Assembly (NCBI GenBank): GCA_965649215.1
Contig: CBFGJZ010000021.1
Location: forward strand, 1 to 26,948
Source of the DNA: a candidate division WOR-3 bacterium
Lineage (GTDB): Bacteria > Hydrothermota > Tepidihabitantia > Tepidihabitantales > CAIPLT01
DNA length: 26,948 bases
Reading direction: 5' to 3'
A program made the translations under genes and the position numbers. Shown one piece after another: positions 1 to 9,270 of the stretch. The stretch's first letter is position 1. Each line of letters opens with the position of its first letter. Below the pieces are notes generated by a model, which did no database searches, had not been told where the DNA came from, and saw only the letters and a list, made by a program, of their open reading frames with translations.

Positions 1-287
1 CACCGTTGATAACGATGTTATATGCGCCGAAGCCGAATCCGGTGACCAATGGGTTAGCCAAGATTAGCTATAGCATAGCCGAGCCGACGAGAGTGCGCTT
101 GATGGTATATGATGCTTCAGGTAGGTTAGTGAAGACTTTGGTGAATAGTGAACATGAGAGCGGAATTTATAATGTGATATGGAATGGTCGAGATGAAGCT
201 GATCGAGCGGTTGCAGAAGGTATCTATTTCTATACTTTAGAGACATCGAAACAGAGTTTTACGAAAAAGATGATTTTGACACGCTAA
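1..287 (+). CDS. 3' end (partial) of a secreted protein with a FlgD Ig-like / T9SS-type C-terminal sorting domain
   Basis: Frame is open from the window edge. PKPNP...ISYSI...LMVYDASGRLVKTLV...GIYNVIWNGRD...GIYFYTL...KKMILTR is a typical FlgD_ig/Por-secretion tail. Stop TAA at 285-287. Confidence 0.85.
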   Translation, partial: PLITMLYAPKPNPVTNGLAKISYSIAEPTRVRLMVYDASGRLVKTLVNSEHESGIYNVIWNGRDEADRAVAEGIYFYTLETSKQSFTKKMILTR

Positions 288-305
288 ATACTAATTATTT
301 ATAAT

Positions 306-340
306 AACGGTGCGATAAAATTATATCGCACCGTTTTATT
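306..340. terminator. Probable bidirectional rho-independent terminator between convergent genes
   Basis: Perfect 12-bp stem AACGGTGCGATA (306-317) / TATCGCACCGTT (324-335), 6-nt loop, A/T-rich flanks on both sides, between stops at 287 (+) and 336 (-). Confidence 0.85.
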
Positions 341-731
341 TTAAGTGTCTTTTAAGAAATGGGAAAGATAAAAGTTGAGAAAGAGTGAATTGTTTAATAG
401 CACCTTTTTGATTGATAAGTAAAACATAAATATTAGGATTGAATTCTGCTAATACTTGTCGACAAGCACCACAGGGGTAGGTAAAGTTTTTGGTCGGAGT
501 ATAAATAGCGATAGCGCTAAAATCTTTGGCACCATCAACGAGTGCTTTATATAATGCGATACGTTCGGCACAGATGGAAAGACCATAAGAAACATTTTCA
601 ATATTTGCACCAGTATAAATTTTGCCTTTTTTAGTGAGAATTGCGGCACCAACTTTGAATTTTGAATAAGGAGCGTAAGCAAATTTCAAAACATCTTGAG
701 CAGATTTTATAAGTTTTTCTATTCTTTTCAT
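336..731 (-). CDS. cdd: Cytidine deaminase, homotetrameric type
   Basis: AYAPYSKFKVGAA, GANIEN, CAE and PCGACRQ zinc motifs; 131 aa; ATGA overlap with deoB. Confidence 0.95.
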   Translation of the reverse strand: MKRIEKLIKSAQDVLKFAYAPYSKFKVGAAILTKKGKIYTGANIENVSYGLSICAERIALYKALVDGAKDFSAIAIYTPTKNFTYPCGACRQVLAEFNPNIYVLLINQKGAIKQFTLSQLLSFPFLKRHLK

Positions 732-1897
732 AATTTTATTTCTTTATAGAAACTTTTTCCATAAGATAATGATGGTAATTGCAGATATTCTGCAATTGTT
801 TGTCCTAGATCAGCAAAACTACTACGGACACCGAGATTTATATTTGACCGAATATTTTTCCCATATACTAATAGTGGCACATATTCTCGAGAATGGTCAG
901 TTGATGGTGTAGTTGGATCATTACCATGGTCAGCAGTAATAAAAAGTATATCATGATCTCCTAATTTGTTGAGAATAAGGGGTAGTTTTTTGTCAAAATC
1001 AACTAATCCTTGATAAAAAGCCAGATAATCGTTGCGATGACCCCAATCCATATCAAATTGAATGAAATTGGTAAAGATAACCCCTTGATGATATTTATCC
1101 ATTGCTCGTAATGTGGCTTGTAAACATTCATCATTATTAACTGAATGAATTGATACAGTATATCCTTGGTGAGCAAATAACTCATCTATTTTGCCAATTA
1201 CGACAACTTCATATGAATTATCTTTTGCTAAGTCAAGTAAGGTTGGTCGTGGTGGTTTCAAAGAGAAATCTTTTCGGTTTTTTGTGCGAATAAAATTGCC
1301 GGCTTTACCGATAAAAGGACGAGCAATCACTCGTAAGACTGCATGTTTACCAGTCAGTATTTTTCGAGCGATGAGACACATTTTATATAATTCTTCTAAA
1401 GGAATTATCTCTTCATGAGCAGCAATTTGAAAAACACTATCAGCCGATGTATATACAATTGGACATTTAGTGCGAATGTGTTCAGTGCCGAGTTTGTTTA
1501 TAATTTCAGTACCCGAAGCGGGAACATTACCAATTACTTTGCGTCCAATCGCATTTTCAAATTGAGTTATGATTTCTTGCGGAAAACCATTAGGATAAAT
1601 TGGAAATGGCTCTTTAAGAACGATGCCCATCAATTCCCAATGGCCAGTTGTAGAGTCTTTACCAATTGAACTTTCTGCCATTTTACCATAAGCCGTGGGT
1701 GTTATTGCCAATTTTTTGACACCATGTAGCGAGATGATATTACCTAATCCTAAACTTTCTAAATTGGGCAGTTTAAAATTTGGTATCTTTTCAGATAAAT
1801 TTTTAAGTGTATTAGAACCAGAATCATTATAAAGATGTGCGTCGGGTAATTCGCCAACACCCACACCATCTAATAATAAAATGATAACACGCTTCAT
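728..1897 (-). CDS. deoB: Phosphopentomutase
   Basis: LDGVGVGELPDA, GKDSTTGHWE, YTSADSVFQIAAHE, RVIARPF, GHRND and TADHGNDPT...TDHSREYVP motifs. Confidence 0.96.
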   Translation of the reverse strand: MKRVIILLLDGVGVGELPDAHLYNDSGSNTLKNLSEKIPNFKLPNLESLGLGNIISLHGVKKLAITPTAYGKMAESSIGKDSTTGHWELMGIVLKEPFPIYPNGFPQEIITQFENAIGRKVIGNVPASGTEIINKLGTEHIRTKCPIVYTSADSVFQIAAHEEIIPLEELYKMCLIARKILTGKHAVLRVIARPFIGKAGNFIRTKNRKDFSLKPPRPTLLDLAKDNSYEVVVIGKIDELFAHQGYTVSIHSVNNDECLQATLRAMDKYHQGVIFTNFIQFDMDWGHRNDYLAFYQGLVDFDKKLPLILNKLGDHDILFITADHGNDPTTPSTDHSREYVPLLVYGKNIRSNINLGVRSSFADLGQTIAEYLQLPSLSYGKSFYKEIKL

Positions 1898-1992
1898 TGT
1901 TAACTAAAACTCAAGATTCATAAATAAAAAATAAGTCGCGCTACGATCGTTTTTCTCTTAACTCTTTATATTTAAATTTTTTATTTCTAAAA

Positions 1993-2074
1993 TGCCGGAG
2001 GCGGGATTTGAACCCGCACGCCGTCAGGCATACGCCCCTCAAACGTATGTGTCTGCCAATTCCACCACCCCGGC
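1993..2074 (-). tRNA. tRNA-Leu (anticodon GAG), CCA not encoded
   Basis: Reverse complement reads GCCGGGGTGGTGGAATTGGCAGACACATACGTTTGAGGGGCGTATGCCTGACGGCGTGCGGGTTCAAATCCCGCCTCCGGCA: acceptor stem GCCGGGG/CTCCGGC, anticodon loop TT-GAG-GG, long variable arm, T-loop GGTTCAAATCC, discriminator A followed by TT. Confidence 0.95.
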
Positions 2075-2082
2075 ATATCTAC

Positions 2083-2110
2083 ATTATATATATTTCTTAT
2101 TTCCTGTCAA
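2083..2110 (-). promoter_or_regulatory. sigma70-type promoter for tRNA-Leu (possibly also deoB-cdd)
   Basis: TTGACA (2110-2105), 16 nt, TATAAT (2088-2083); both hexamers are perfect consensus. Confidence 0.75.
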
Positions 2111-2128
2111 TGTTTATAAAAACAGATC

Positions 2129-2157
2129 TTGATAATAATAATTATTTATATTATGCT
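2129..2157 (+). promoter_or_regulatory. sigma70-type promoter for thiL (leaderless geometry)
   Basis: TTGATA (2129-2134), 17 nt, TATGCT (2152-2157), 5 nt, ATG 2163; no SD. Confidence 0.55.
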
Positions 2158-2162
2158 TTTGT

Positions 2163-3143
2163 ATGATGTTAAGTAATCTTGGTGAAATAAAAACAATTGA
2201 ATATATAAAATATTTAATCGAGGCTTTTGTTAAGAGAAATAGGAAAAATCAATTTGTAAAAGTTGGAATTGGTGATGATGCTGCGGTTTTAAAAGATGGC
2301 ATAGTAGTTTCAACAGATGCCTATCTGGAAGGCGTTCATTTTTCATTGGCATATTATGATTGGTATGATGTAGGTCAAAAAGTAGCATGTGCAACTCTTT
2401 CGGATATTGCAGCAATGGCAGCTCGACCACTGGCCATTTTTGTTTCTGCTTTATTACCACCGAATATTAATAAAACGAGTATAAAAGAGATCTATTCAGG
2501 AATATTAAATATTGCAACTCAATACGATTGTCTGATTAGCGGCGGCGATATTGTTGCTCATTCGCATCTAGGATTTATCTTAACAGTAATTGGTAAGGGT
2601 AGACAAGCAAAATTACGTTCAATGGCTAAACCCGGTGATTTTTTATATATAACAGGTCATTGCGGACTTGCAGAAACCGGGCGCTTGGCCTTAACAAATA
2701 ATTATCACCGACGAGATTATCCATTTGCCATCAAACGACATCTTTGTCCGTTACCACGAATTCAAGAAGCTATACAGTTGTCAAGATATATGAATGCCTG
2801 TATTGATACTTCAGATGGGTTGTCAACTGATGCATTTCATTTAGCGAGCATGAGTAATATTAAAATTAAAATTTTTGCAGAGCAAATACCTGTTCATCAA
2901 GAAACACTTAAATATCACAAGAAACATTCTACCGATGATTCAGTACTTGATTTTGTTTTGAATAGCGGTGAAGATTATGAAATATTATTTACAAGTCGTA
3001 AAGAATTATTGCCATCATCGATAGGAGGTACAAGATTAACAAAGATAGGGGTTATTGAACAGGGACATGGTGTTTATTTAATTAAAGATAACCGAATGCT
3101 AAAACTCACCCCACAAGGTTATGATCACTTAAAGAAATCATGA
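2163..3143 (+). CDS. thiL: Thiamine-monophosphate kinase
   Basis: GIGDDAAV, STD..LEGVHF, LSDIAAM, GGD, IDTSDGL and SGEDYEILFT motifs. Start could be 2163 or 2166. Confidence 0.93.
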   Translation: MMLSNLGEIKTIEYIKYLIEAFVKRNRKNQFVKVGIGDDAAVLKDGIVVSTDAYLEGVHFSLAYYDWYDVGQKVACATLSDIAAMAARPLAIFVSALLPPNINKTSIKEIYSGILNIATQYDCLISGGDIVAHSHLGFILTVIGKGRQAKLRSMAKPGDFLYITGHCGLAETGRLALTNNYHRRDYPFAIKRHLCPLPRIQEAIQLSRYMNACIDTSDGLSTDAFHLASMSNIKIKIFAEQIPVHQETLKYHKKHSTDDSVLDFVLNSGEDYEILFTSRKELLPSSIGGTRLTKIGVIEQGHGVYLIKDNRMLKLTPQGYDHLKKS

Positions 3144-6067
3144 AAAAATTATTTGGATTGATTCTTAGCTTAATATTGCCAGTAATTATTGAACAAATTT
3201 CGTTGGCAAATACTGTAATTGCAAAAGATTTATCTTATTCAAAAAAGCAAAAAAGTTTTCAAGATTTAGAGTGGATAAATCGTTACAATGAATTGATATC
3301 TGGAATTGATTGTGCTACTGCAATTACAATAGATAGCGCAGGTAATATTTATATCACAGGATGGAGCGGCAATGCTACAACCCCAGATTATTTAACTATG
3401 AAAGTGAATGAAGTGGGACAGATTCAATGGCTACAAGTTTATGATGGTCCAAATTATGGCGCGGATTGGGCTTATGCTATTGCTGTTGACAATAATGGAA
3501 ATGTTTATGTGACGGGTGAAAGTGAAGGTAATGGCACAAATACTGATTTTGCAACAATCAAATATGATAGTAACGGTAATTTACAGTGGGTGAGGCGATA
3601 TAATGGGTCAGTGAATGGTAGTGATTTTGCAAACGGTATTGCAGTTGATAGAGACGGTAATGTTTACGTAAGTGGAACTAGCGATGGCGGAAGTAGTGAT
3701 TATGATTATTTGATAGTCAAATATAATGCGGAAGGCATAGAGCAATGGGTGGTTAGATATAATGGGAGTGGTAATGGTGATGATTTTGTTAATGGCATGG
3801 TGATAGATAACTTAGCTAATGTCTATATTACAGGAGAAAGTGAAAATAATGAAAATTACGATTATGTGACGATAAAATATAACAGCAATGGTCAAATGCA
3901 GTGGTTAGCTCGATATGATGGCGTGGGCGATAGCGATGATTATGCTTATGCGATTGCAATTGATTCGTATGGGAATGTTTATGTTACGGGTGCAAGTGGT
4001 GATGAAGATGAAAATTTGGATTATGTAACTATAAAATATAATTCAGAAGGTATACAACAATGGTTAAGAAGATATGATGGGGTTGATAATGATGATGATT
4101 TAGCTTATGCAATTGCGGTTGATAATAGTGGCAATGTTTATGTGACTGGAATTAGTTATAGCGACAACAGTAATTATGATTGTCTTACAATTAAATATAA
4201 TACAAATGGAGTTCGTCAATGGTTGGCAAGATATAATGGTCCAAATAATAGTTGGGATTATGGGCTTTCGATTAAGGTTGATAATCAAGGAAATGTTTAT
4301 GTCGTGGGAGATAGTGATGGCGTTTTAACTTATACTGATTTCATCATTATCAAATATAATAGTTTAGGAAATCAACAATGGGTTCGAAGATATAATGGCA
4401 ATGCGAATAATCAGGATTTTAGCTATGATCTTCAATTGGATTTCAGTAATAATGTCATCGTAGCGGGCAGTAGTATTGGTGTGAATTCGGAATCGGATTT
4501 TATTATGATTAAATATAACAATAACGGGATTCAACAATGGACCTTGAGATTTGATGGAGAAGGCAATAGTAATGACGAGGTTACGTGTTTAGCGATTGAC
4601 CAAGATAATAATTTATATGTTGCGGGTACCACTAGTAGTTCGGGACAGGGTAATGATTTTATGATTGTTAAATACACAAATTTGGGAGAACTGCAATGGT
4701 CAAGAAGGTATAATAGTACTTTTAACAAAGACGATAATGTATCTGGTCTTGCATTAGATAATCAAGGAAATGTTTATGTTGCGGGCGAAAGTTATACGAT
4801 TAACTCAAGCTATGATATCGTTATTGTTAAATACAATTCAGATGGAATTTTGCAATGGACTCAGCAATATAATGGTCCTCGTAATGGTGAGGATTGGGTA
4901 AGTGCAGTTATGACTGATAATTCTGGTAATATTTATCTTTGTGGTGGAAGTGAAGGAATTGGTACGGATTATGATTTTGTGACGATAAAATATAATGCAA
5001 ATGGAGTGTTACAATGGCTCCAACGATACAATGGTAATTCGAATAGTATTGACTATGCAACTGCTTTAACTGTTGATAGAATAGGAAATGTTTATGTGAC
5101 CGGTGTGAGTTATAATATGGGTAGTTCTTATGACTACTTAACTATTAAATATAACACCGATGGCATTGCACAGTGGGTAACAAGATATGATGGACCTGCT
5201 AATCTTTCTGATGCTTCAAGTGTAATTAAAATTGATCAGTTAGGTAATGTTTATGTTACGGGTCGTAGTTATGGAATAGGAACTAATCGAGATTACGCGA
5301 CAATTAAATATAGCAATGATGGTCAATTACTTTGGATAGCCAGATATGATGGTTTAGGAAATAGTGAAGATATTGCAAATGCGTTAGTTGTTGACAGTAC
5401 GGGAAATGTGTATGTTACAGGTTCAAGTATTGGTCAAGGCACAGCACGCGATTGGGCAACTGTGAAATATAATAGTCAAGGACAACAAGTGTGGGTAAAT
5501 AGATATAGCAGTAATGGGGCTTATGATGATGTTGCTAACGCAATGATTCTTGATGGTGCAGGAAATCTCTTTATCACAGGTTATCTGACAAATATTGGCT
5601 CGTACACTGATTATCTAACTCTAAAATACAATAGAGATGGTGTATTGTTATGGTCTGGTATTTATAATGGAACTAGAAATCGTTACGACTATGCTAAAGC
5701 GATAGTTGTTAATGATATTGGGAATATTTATGTCAGCGGCACGAGTGAAGGGGTACGAACTGAAAATGATTTTGCGACCATAAAATATAATCCGAGTGTT
5801 GCTTTATATGAAACACTTAATGAATCATCAATAAACCAAAAACATTATAAAATCTATCCTAATCCCACTCAAAAAGAATTAACAATTTCAAGTTTATTGC
5901 CGCTACAATATATAAAAGTCTATGATGTAACAGGACAGATTGTACGAGAGTACAATTTAACTAATTTACATCAGGTAAAAATTTCTTTGATTGGTCTTTG
6001 TCCAGGGATTTATTTTATAAATGTTAACTCAGAAAATACAAGTCTCAAGTTTGTAATTACTAAATAG
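3140..6067 (+). CDS. Secreted SBBP-repeat beta-propeller protein with T9SS-type C-terminal domain
   Basis: N-terminal signal peptide (MKKLFGLILSLILPV); 16 repeats of about 53 aa (D-x-A-x-x-I-x-x-D-x-x-G-N-V-Y-V-T-G...DY-x-TIKY...W...Y-N/D-G); tail IYPNP...VYDVTGQIV...GIYFI...KFVITK. Confidence 0.88.
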   Translation: MKKLFGLILSLILPVIIEQISLANTVIAKDLSYSKKQKSFQDLEWINRYNELISGIDCATAITIDSAGNIYITGWSGNATTPDYLTMKVNEVGQIQWLQVYDGPNYGADWAYAIAVDNNGNVYVTGESEGNGTNTDFATIKYDSNGNLQWVRRYNGSVNGSDFANGIAVDRDGNVYVSGTSDGGSSDYDYLIVKYNAEGIEQWVVRYNGSGNGDDFVNGMVIDNLANVYITGESENNENYDYVTIKYNSNGQMQWLARYDGVGDSDDYAYAIAIDSYGNVYVTGASGDEDENLDYVTIKYNSEGIQQWLRRYDGVDNDDDLAYAIAVDNSGNVYVTGISYSDNSNYDCLTIKYNTNGVRQWLARYNGPNNSWDYGLSIKVDNQGNVYVVGDSDGVLTYTDFIIIKYNSLGNQQWVRRYNGNANNQDFSYDLQLDFSNNVIVAGSSIGVNSESDFIMIKYNNNGIQQWTLRFDGEGNSNDEVTCLAIDQDNNLYVAGTTSSSGQGNDFMIVKYTNLGELQWSRRYNSTFNKDDNVSGLALDNQGNVYVAGESYTINSSYDIVIVKYNSDGILQWTQQYNGPRNGEDWVSAVMTDNSGNIYLCGGSEGIGTDYDFVTIKYNANGVLQWLQRYNGNSNSIDYATALTVDRIGNVYVTGVSYNMGSSYDYLTIKYNTDGIAQWVTRYDGPANLSDASSVIKIDQLGNVYVTGRSYGIGTNRDYATIKYSNDGQLLWIARYDGLGNSEDIANALVVDSTGNVYVTGSSIGQGTARDWATVKYNSQGQQVWVNRYSSNGAYDDVANAMILDGAGNLFITGYLTNIGSYTDYLTLKYNRDGVLLWSGIYNGTRNRYDYAKAIVVNDIGNIYVSGTSEGVRTENDFATIKYNPSVALYETLNESSINQKHYKIYPNPTQKELTISSLLPLQYIKVYDVTGQIVREYNLTNLHQVKISLIGLCPGIYFINVNSENTSLKFVITK
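3270..5790 (+). repeat. Degenerate ~159-bp coding tandem repeat (16 propeller blades)
   Basis: Recurring GG(A/T)AATGTTTA(T/C)GT core, e.g. at 3497 and 3656 (159 bp apart); repeat units counted in the translation. Boundaries approximate. Confidence 0.8.
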
Positions 6068-6100
6068 AAATTTATTAAGGTAGTTTAATTAAAGAATATC

Positions 6101-6859
6101 TTAGAATTTTAAGAGATGGGCAAATCGTTTGCGAAAAGTGGCTAGCTCTTTATAATTGGTCATATCTAAGTGTAAAGGAGTGATCGAAATATAACCGTTT
6201 TCCACGGCTTCAAAATCAGTACCTTCTTCAATTTCCCAACTTAAACTTCCGTCTAAAATGTATGATACTTCACCATTAGGATGATTATTGATTATTGCCA
6301 TATCTTTATAGATTCTTTTTCCCATTCGAGTAATTTTGATGCCTTTTATTTTACCAGCAGGAATATTGATGTTAAGAAGCGTTTTTTTGACCAGTCCGTT
6401 TAATAATAAATCTTGAGCAATATAGTGAATTAATTTTTTAGCAATCGCAGCATTTTTATGATTTTCTCGATAGGAAATTGCAATTGAAGGGATCCCTAAA
6501 ATGGCACCTTCAATTGCCGCAGCAACAGTGCCTGAATATAAAACATCATCACCCATATTGGGGCTATCATTAATACCGGAAATGATTAGATTGATTGATT
6601 TGTTAAATAGACCATGATGGGCAGCTAAAACACAATCAGTTGGTGTTCCAGCAACCGCATACCAATTTTTTTTGATTTGTTGGATTTTAATTGGTTTACG
6701 TAAAGTAAAAGAATGGGAAGCCGCAGATTGATTTTCGTTGGGTGCGACTATATATATCTCACCTAAATTTCGGACTGCTTGTTCTAATGTTTTCAGTCCT
6801 AAAGCATAAATACCATCGTCGTTGGTTAATAAAATTTTTGGTTTTGATATCTTACTCAC
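6101..6859 (-). CDS. surE: 5'/3'-nucleotidase SurE
   Basis: ILLTNDDGI, VAP...QSAASHS, GTPTDCV, SGIN...N.G.DVLYSGTVAAA and TD..AV..GYISITPL motifs; GTG start overlaps the mvhD stop (GTGA). Confidence 0.95.
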   Translation of the reverse strand: MSKISKPKILLTNDDGIYALGLKTLEQAVRNLGEIYIVAPNENQSAASHSFTLRKPIKIQQIKKNWYAVAGTPTDCVLAAHHGLFNKSINLIISGINDSPNMGDDVLYSGTVAAAIEGAILGIPSIAISYRENHKNAAIAKKLIHYIAQDLLLNGLVKKTLLNINIPAGKIKGIKITRMGKRIYKDMAIINNHPNGEVSYILDGSLSWEIEEGTDFEAVENGYISITPLHLDMTNYKELATFRKRFAHLLKF

Positions 6860-7299
6860 AAGGACAAGTTAAGCGGTCCTAATTTTTTAATCATCTCGGT
6901 GAATTCGGTGATAGTTTTCTTAAATTTATCGGCTTCTGATGCAGAAATCCATTCTAATCGTAAACGAGATGGTTCAATAGCAAGTTCTTTTAATAAGTTT
7001 CTTAAGATTGGAATCCGTTTCATAGTTTTGTAATTACCATCTTGATAATGACAATCATTCGGATGACACCCACCAATAAACACACCATCCGCACCATTTT
7101 TAAATGCCCAAAGTATATATTGGGGGTCAATCCGACTTGAGCAAAAAACTGTTATTGGAATCATATTGGGGGGATAAGTCATTCTCGATGTTCCTGCTAA
7201 GTCAGCTCCTGCAGAGGTACACCATTTACAGATAAAACCAATAATTTTTGGTTCATATTCATTAGGTATATTAGAACTTTGTGTTACTGACTTTTCCAT
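6856..7299 (-). CDS. mvhD: MvhD/FlpD-family [2Fe-2S] subunit (hydrogenase iron-sulfur subunit delta)
   Basis: KIIGFICKWCTSAGADLAG, CSSRIDP, GADGVFIGGCHPNDCHY and RLRLEWISASE motifs; directly downstream of hdrA. Confidence 0.92.
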   Translation of the reverse strand: MEKSVTQSSNIPNEYEPKIIGFICKWCTSAGADLAGTSRMTYPPNMIPITVFCSSRIDPQYILWAFKNGADGVFIGGCHPNDCHYQDGNYKTMKRIPILRNLLKELAIEPSRLRLEWISASEADKFKKTITEFTEMIKKLGPLNLSL

Positions 7300-7302
7300 T
7301 TT

Positions 7303-9270
7303 TTACTCCAATCCAGCTTTGACCATATCTTGAATCTGTTGATCTTTGAAATTTTTTTGTTGAGCTGCACCCACGGGACAAGCAGCAGAACAAGCCCCAC
7401 ATCCCTCACATAAGACTTCAATCACTTTTACGATTCGTTTTTTTTCATTTTCGGTCATAACTAATTCTCGCGCTTGATAGGGACATACATCAATACAAAC
7501 TGCGCAACCCGAACATATCTCTTCATTTACACCAGCGACGACAGGAAGATGTTCTAGGGTATCAGAAGTAAAAAGTCCAATGACTTTACTTGCTGCCCCA
7601 GACGATTGAGCAACCGCTTCAGGAATGTCTTTCGGACCTTGGCAAGCACCAGCTAAATAGAAACCACCAGCCAAAGTTTCAACTGGTCTTAATTTAGGAT
7701 GGGCTTCCGTAAACCAACCATATTCATCTTGGGTAATTTTTAACTTTTGAGCAAGTTCTTTACTAACTGCACTTATCATTGCGGTGGCTAAAACAACCAA
7801 GTCTGCTTCAACTTCAATTTTCTTTCCAGTGAGGGTATCCGCACCCCAGACAATTATTTTATCACCTCGCTCAAATATTTTTGAGACTTTGCCCCGAATG
7901 TAGAGGACACCTTCATCAGTGGCTCTTTTATAGAACTCTTCAAAGCCTTTACCACCAGTGCGGATATCGATATAAAAGACAATTGCTTCGCCCTGATGGA
8001 CTCGGTGTTTATAGAGAATAGCTTGTTTAGCAGTATACATACAACATATTTTTGAGCAATAAGCCATGGCATTTTCTTTATCACGAGAACCAGCACATTG
8101 GACAAAGACAACTTTTTCTGGGATTTTTCCATCTGAAGGTCGTCGCACTTCTCCCATAAAGGGACCTGAAGCAGACAGAATTCGTTCAAATTGCAGTCCG
8201 TCAATAACATTTTTAAGTTTACCATAGCCGTACGAGGTAAGAATTTTCTTGTCTAACAATTCATAACCCGTAGCAACAACAAAAGCACCAATTTCGTATT
8301 CAATAATTTGGTCTTGATCATCAAATTTAACAGCGCCAAATGGGCAATGTTTTTCACATAATCGGCAAGCACCTTTTTGAAAATAGAGACAGTTATCTTT
8401 GTCAATCACAACGCGATTGGGCACGGCTTGGGGAAACATTTTATAGATTGCTTTTCTTTCAGATAGACCTTGATTGAATTCATCTTTGGTCTTTTTCGGA
8501 CATTTACCAACACAAATATCACAACCTGTACATTTGTCCCAATCTACATATTTTGCTTTATGTCGCACTTTTACTTTGAAATTTCCAAGATAGCCTGAAA
8601 TGCTTTCAATTTCCGCATAGGTTAGGAGCGTGATATTAGGATGTTGTTTAGCTTCAACCATTTTGGGGGTGAGAATGCATTGGCTACAATCAAGAGTTGG
8701 AAATGTTTCAGATAATTGGGACATGTGGCCACCGATTGATGGATTTTTATCTAACAGAAAAACAGGATATCCAGCATTAGCAATATCTAAAGCTGCTTGA
8801 ATACCTGCCACCCCAGCACCGATTACCATTGCTTTACGGATAATCGGAATGGTTATTGGTTGTAGCGGTTCATCGTGCTGGACCTTTTTAATAATTGTTT
8901 TTATAATACGAGTTGCTTTATCCGTGGCTTTATCTTTATCTTCGGTTACCCAAGAACACTGTTCGCGAATATTTGCGATTTCGCAATTATAAGGATTAAC
9001 ACCAACACTGCTTACCGCTTTACGAAAAGTTGCTTCATGCAGCGTTGGCGAACAACAGGCAACCACGACGCCATCTAACTTCTTTTCCTGAATAGTTTGT
9101 TTTATTAGATTTTGACCTGGGTCAGAACAGCAATATTGATGGTCAATGACGCTTATGATATCAGTTTGTGCTTGGATGCGTTTAACCACTTCTGCAATAT
9201 TGACTTTACCGGCAATATTAATTCCACAATGACAAACAAAAACGCCGATGCGTTTTTTCTTAGAATTCAT
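7303..9270 (-). CDS. hdrA: Heterodisulfide reductase subunit A (FAD, Fe-S; electron-bifurcating family)
   Basis: GVFVCHCGINI, ACCSP, NIREQCSW, GAGVAG FAD motif, TFPTLDCSQC, inserted and C-terminal ferredoxin CxxCxxCxxxCP motifs, QCAGSRD...YCSKICCMY, GACQGPKDI. Confidence 0.96.
   Translation of the reverse strand: MNSKKKRIGVFVCHCGINIAGKVNIAEVVKRIQAQTDIISVIDHQYCCSDPGQNLIKQTIQEKKLDGVVVACCSPTLHEATFRKAVSSVGVNPYNCEIANIREQCSWVTEDKDKATDKATRIIKTIIKKVQHDEPLQPITIPIIRKAMVIGAGVAGIQAALDIANAGYPVFLLDKNPSIGGHMSQLSETFPTLDCSQCILTPKMVEAKQHPNITLLTYAEIESISGYLGNFKVKVRHKAKYVDWDKCTGCDICVGKCPKKTKDEFNQGLSERKAIYKMFPQAVPNRVVIDKDNCLYFQKGACRLCEKHCPFGAVKFDDQDQIIEYEIGAFVVATGYELLDKKILTSYGYGKLKNVIDGLQFERILSASGPFMGEVRRPSDGKIPEKVVFVQCAGSRDKENAMAYCSKICCMYTAKQAILYKHRVHQGEAIVFYIDIRTGGKGFEEFYKRATDEGVLYIRGKVSKIFERGDKIIVWGADTLTGKKIEVEADLVVLATAMISAVSKELAQKLKITQDEYGWFTEAHPKLRPVETLAGGFYLAGACQGPKDIPEAVAQSSGAASKVIGLFTSDTLEHLPVVAGVNEEICSGCAVCIDVCPYQARELVMTENEKKRIVKVIEVLCEGCGACSAACPVGAAQQKNFKDQQIQDMVKAGLE

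Noticed and set aside
1993..2074. tRNA-Leu as an integration site for an island
   Set aside because: I saw no duplicated tRNA 3' end or integrase, and housekeeping deoB follows directly.
3270..5790. Periodic repeats as a CRISPR array or DGR template/variable pair
   Set aside because: The repeats are in-frame, degenerate and protein-coding, with no identical direct repeats plus spacers and no cas or reverse transcriptase gene.
7303..9270. Possible selenocysteine or readthrough in HdrA/MvhD
   Set aside because: The frames are uninterrupted and the usual positions carry Cys (TLDCSQC; CKWC; GCHPNDCHY).
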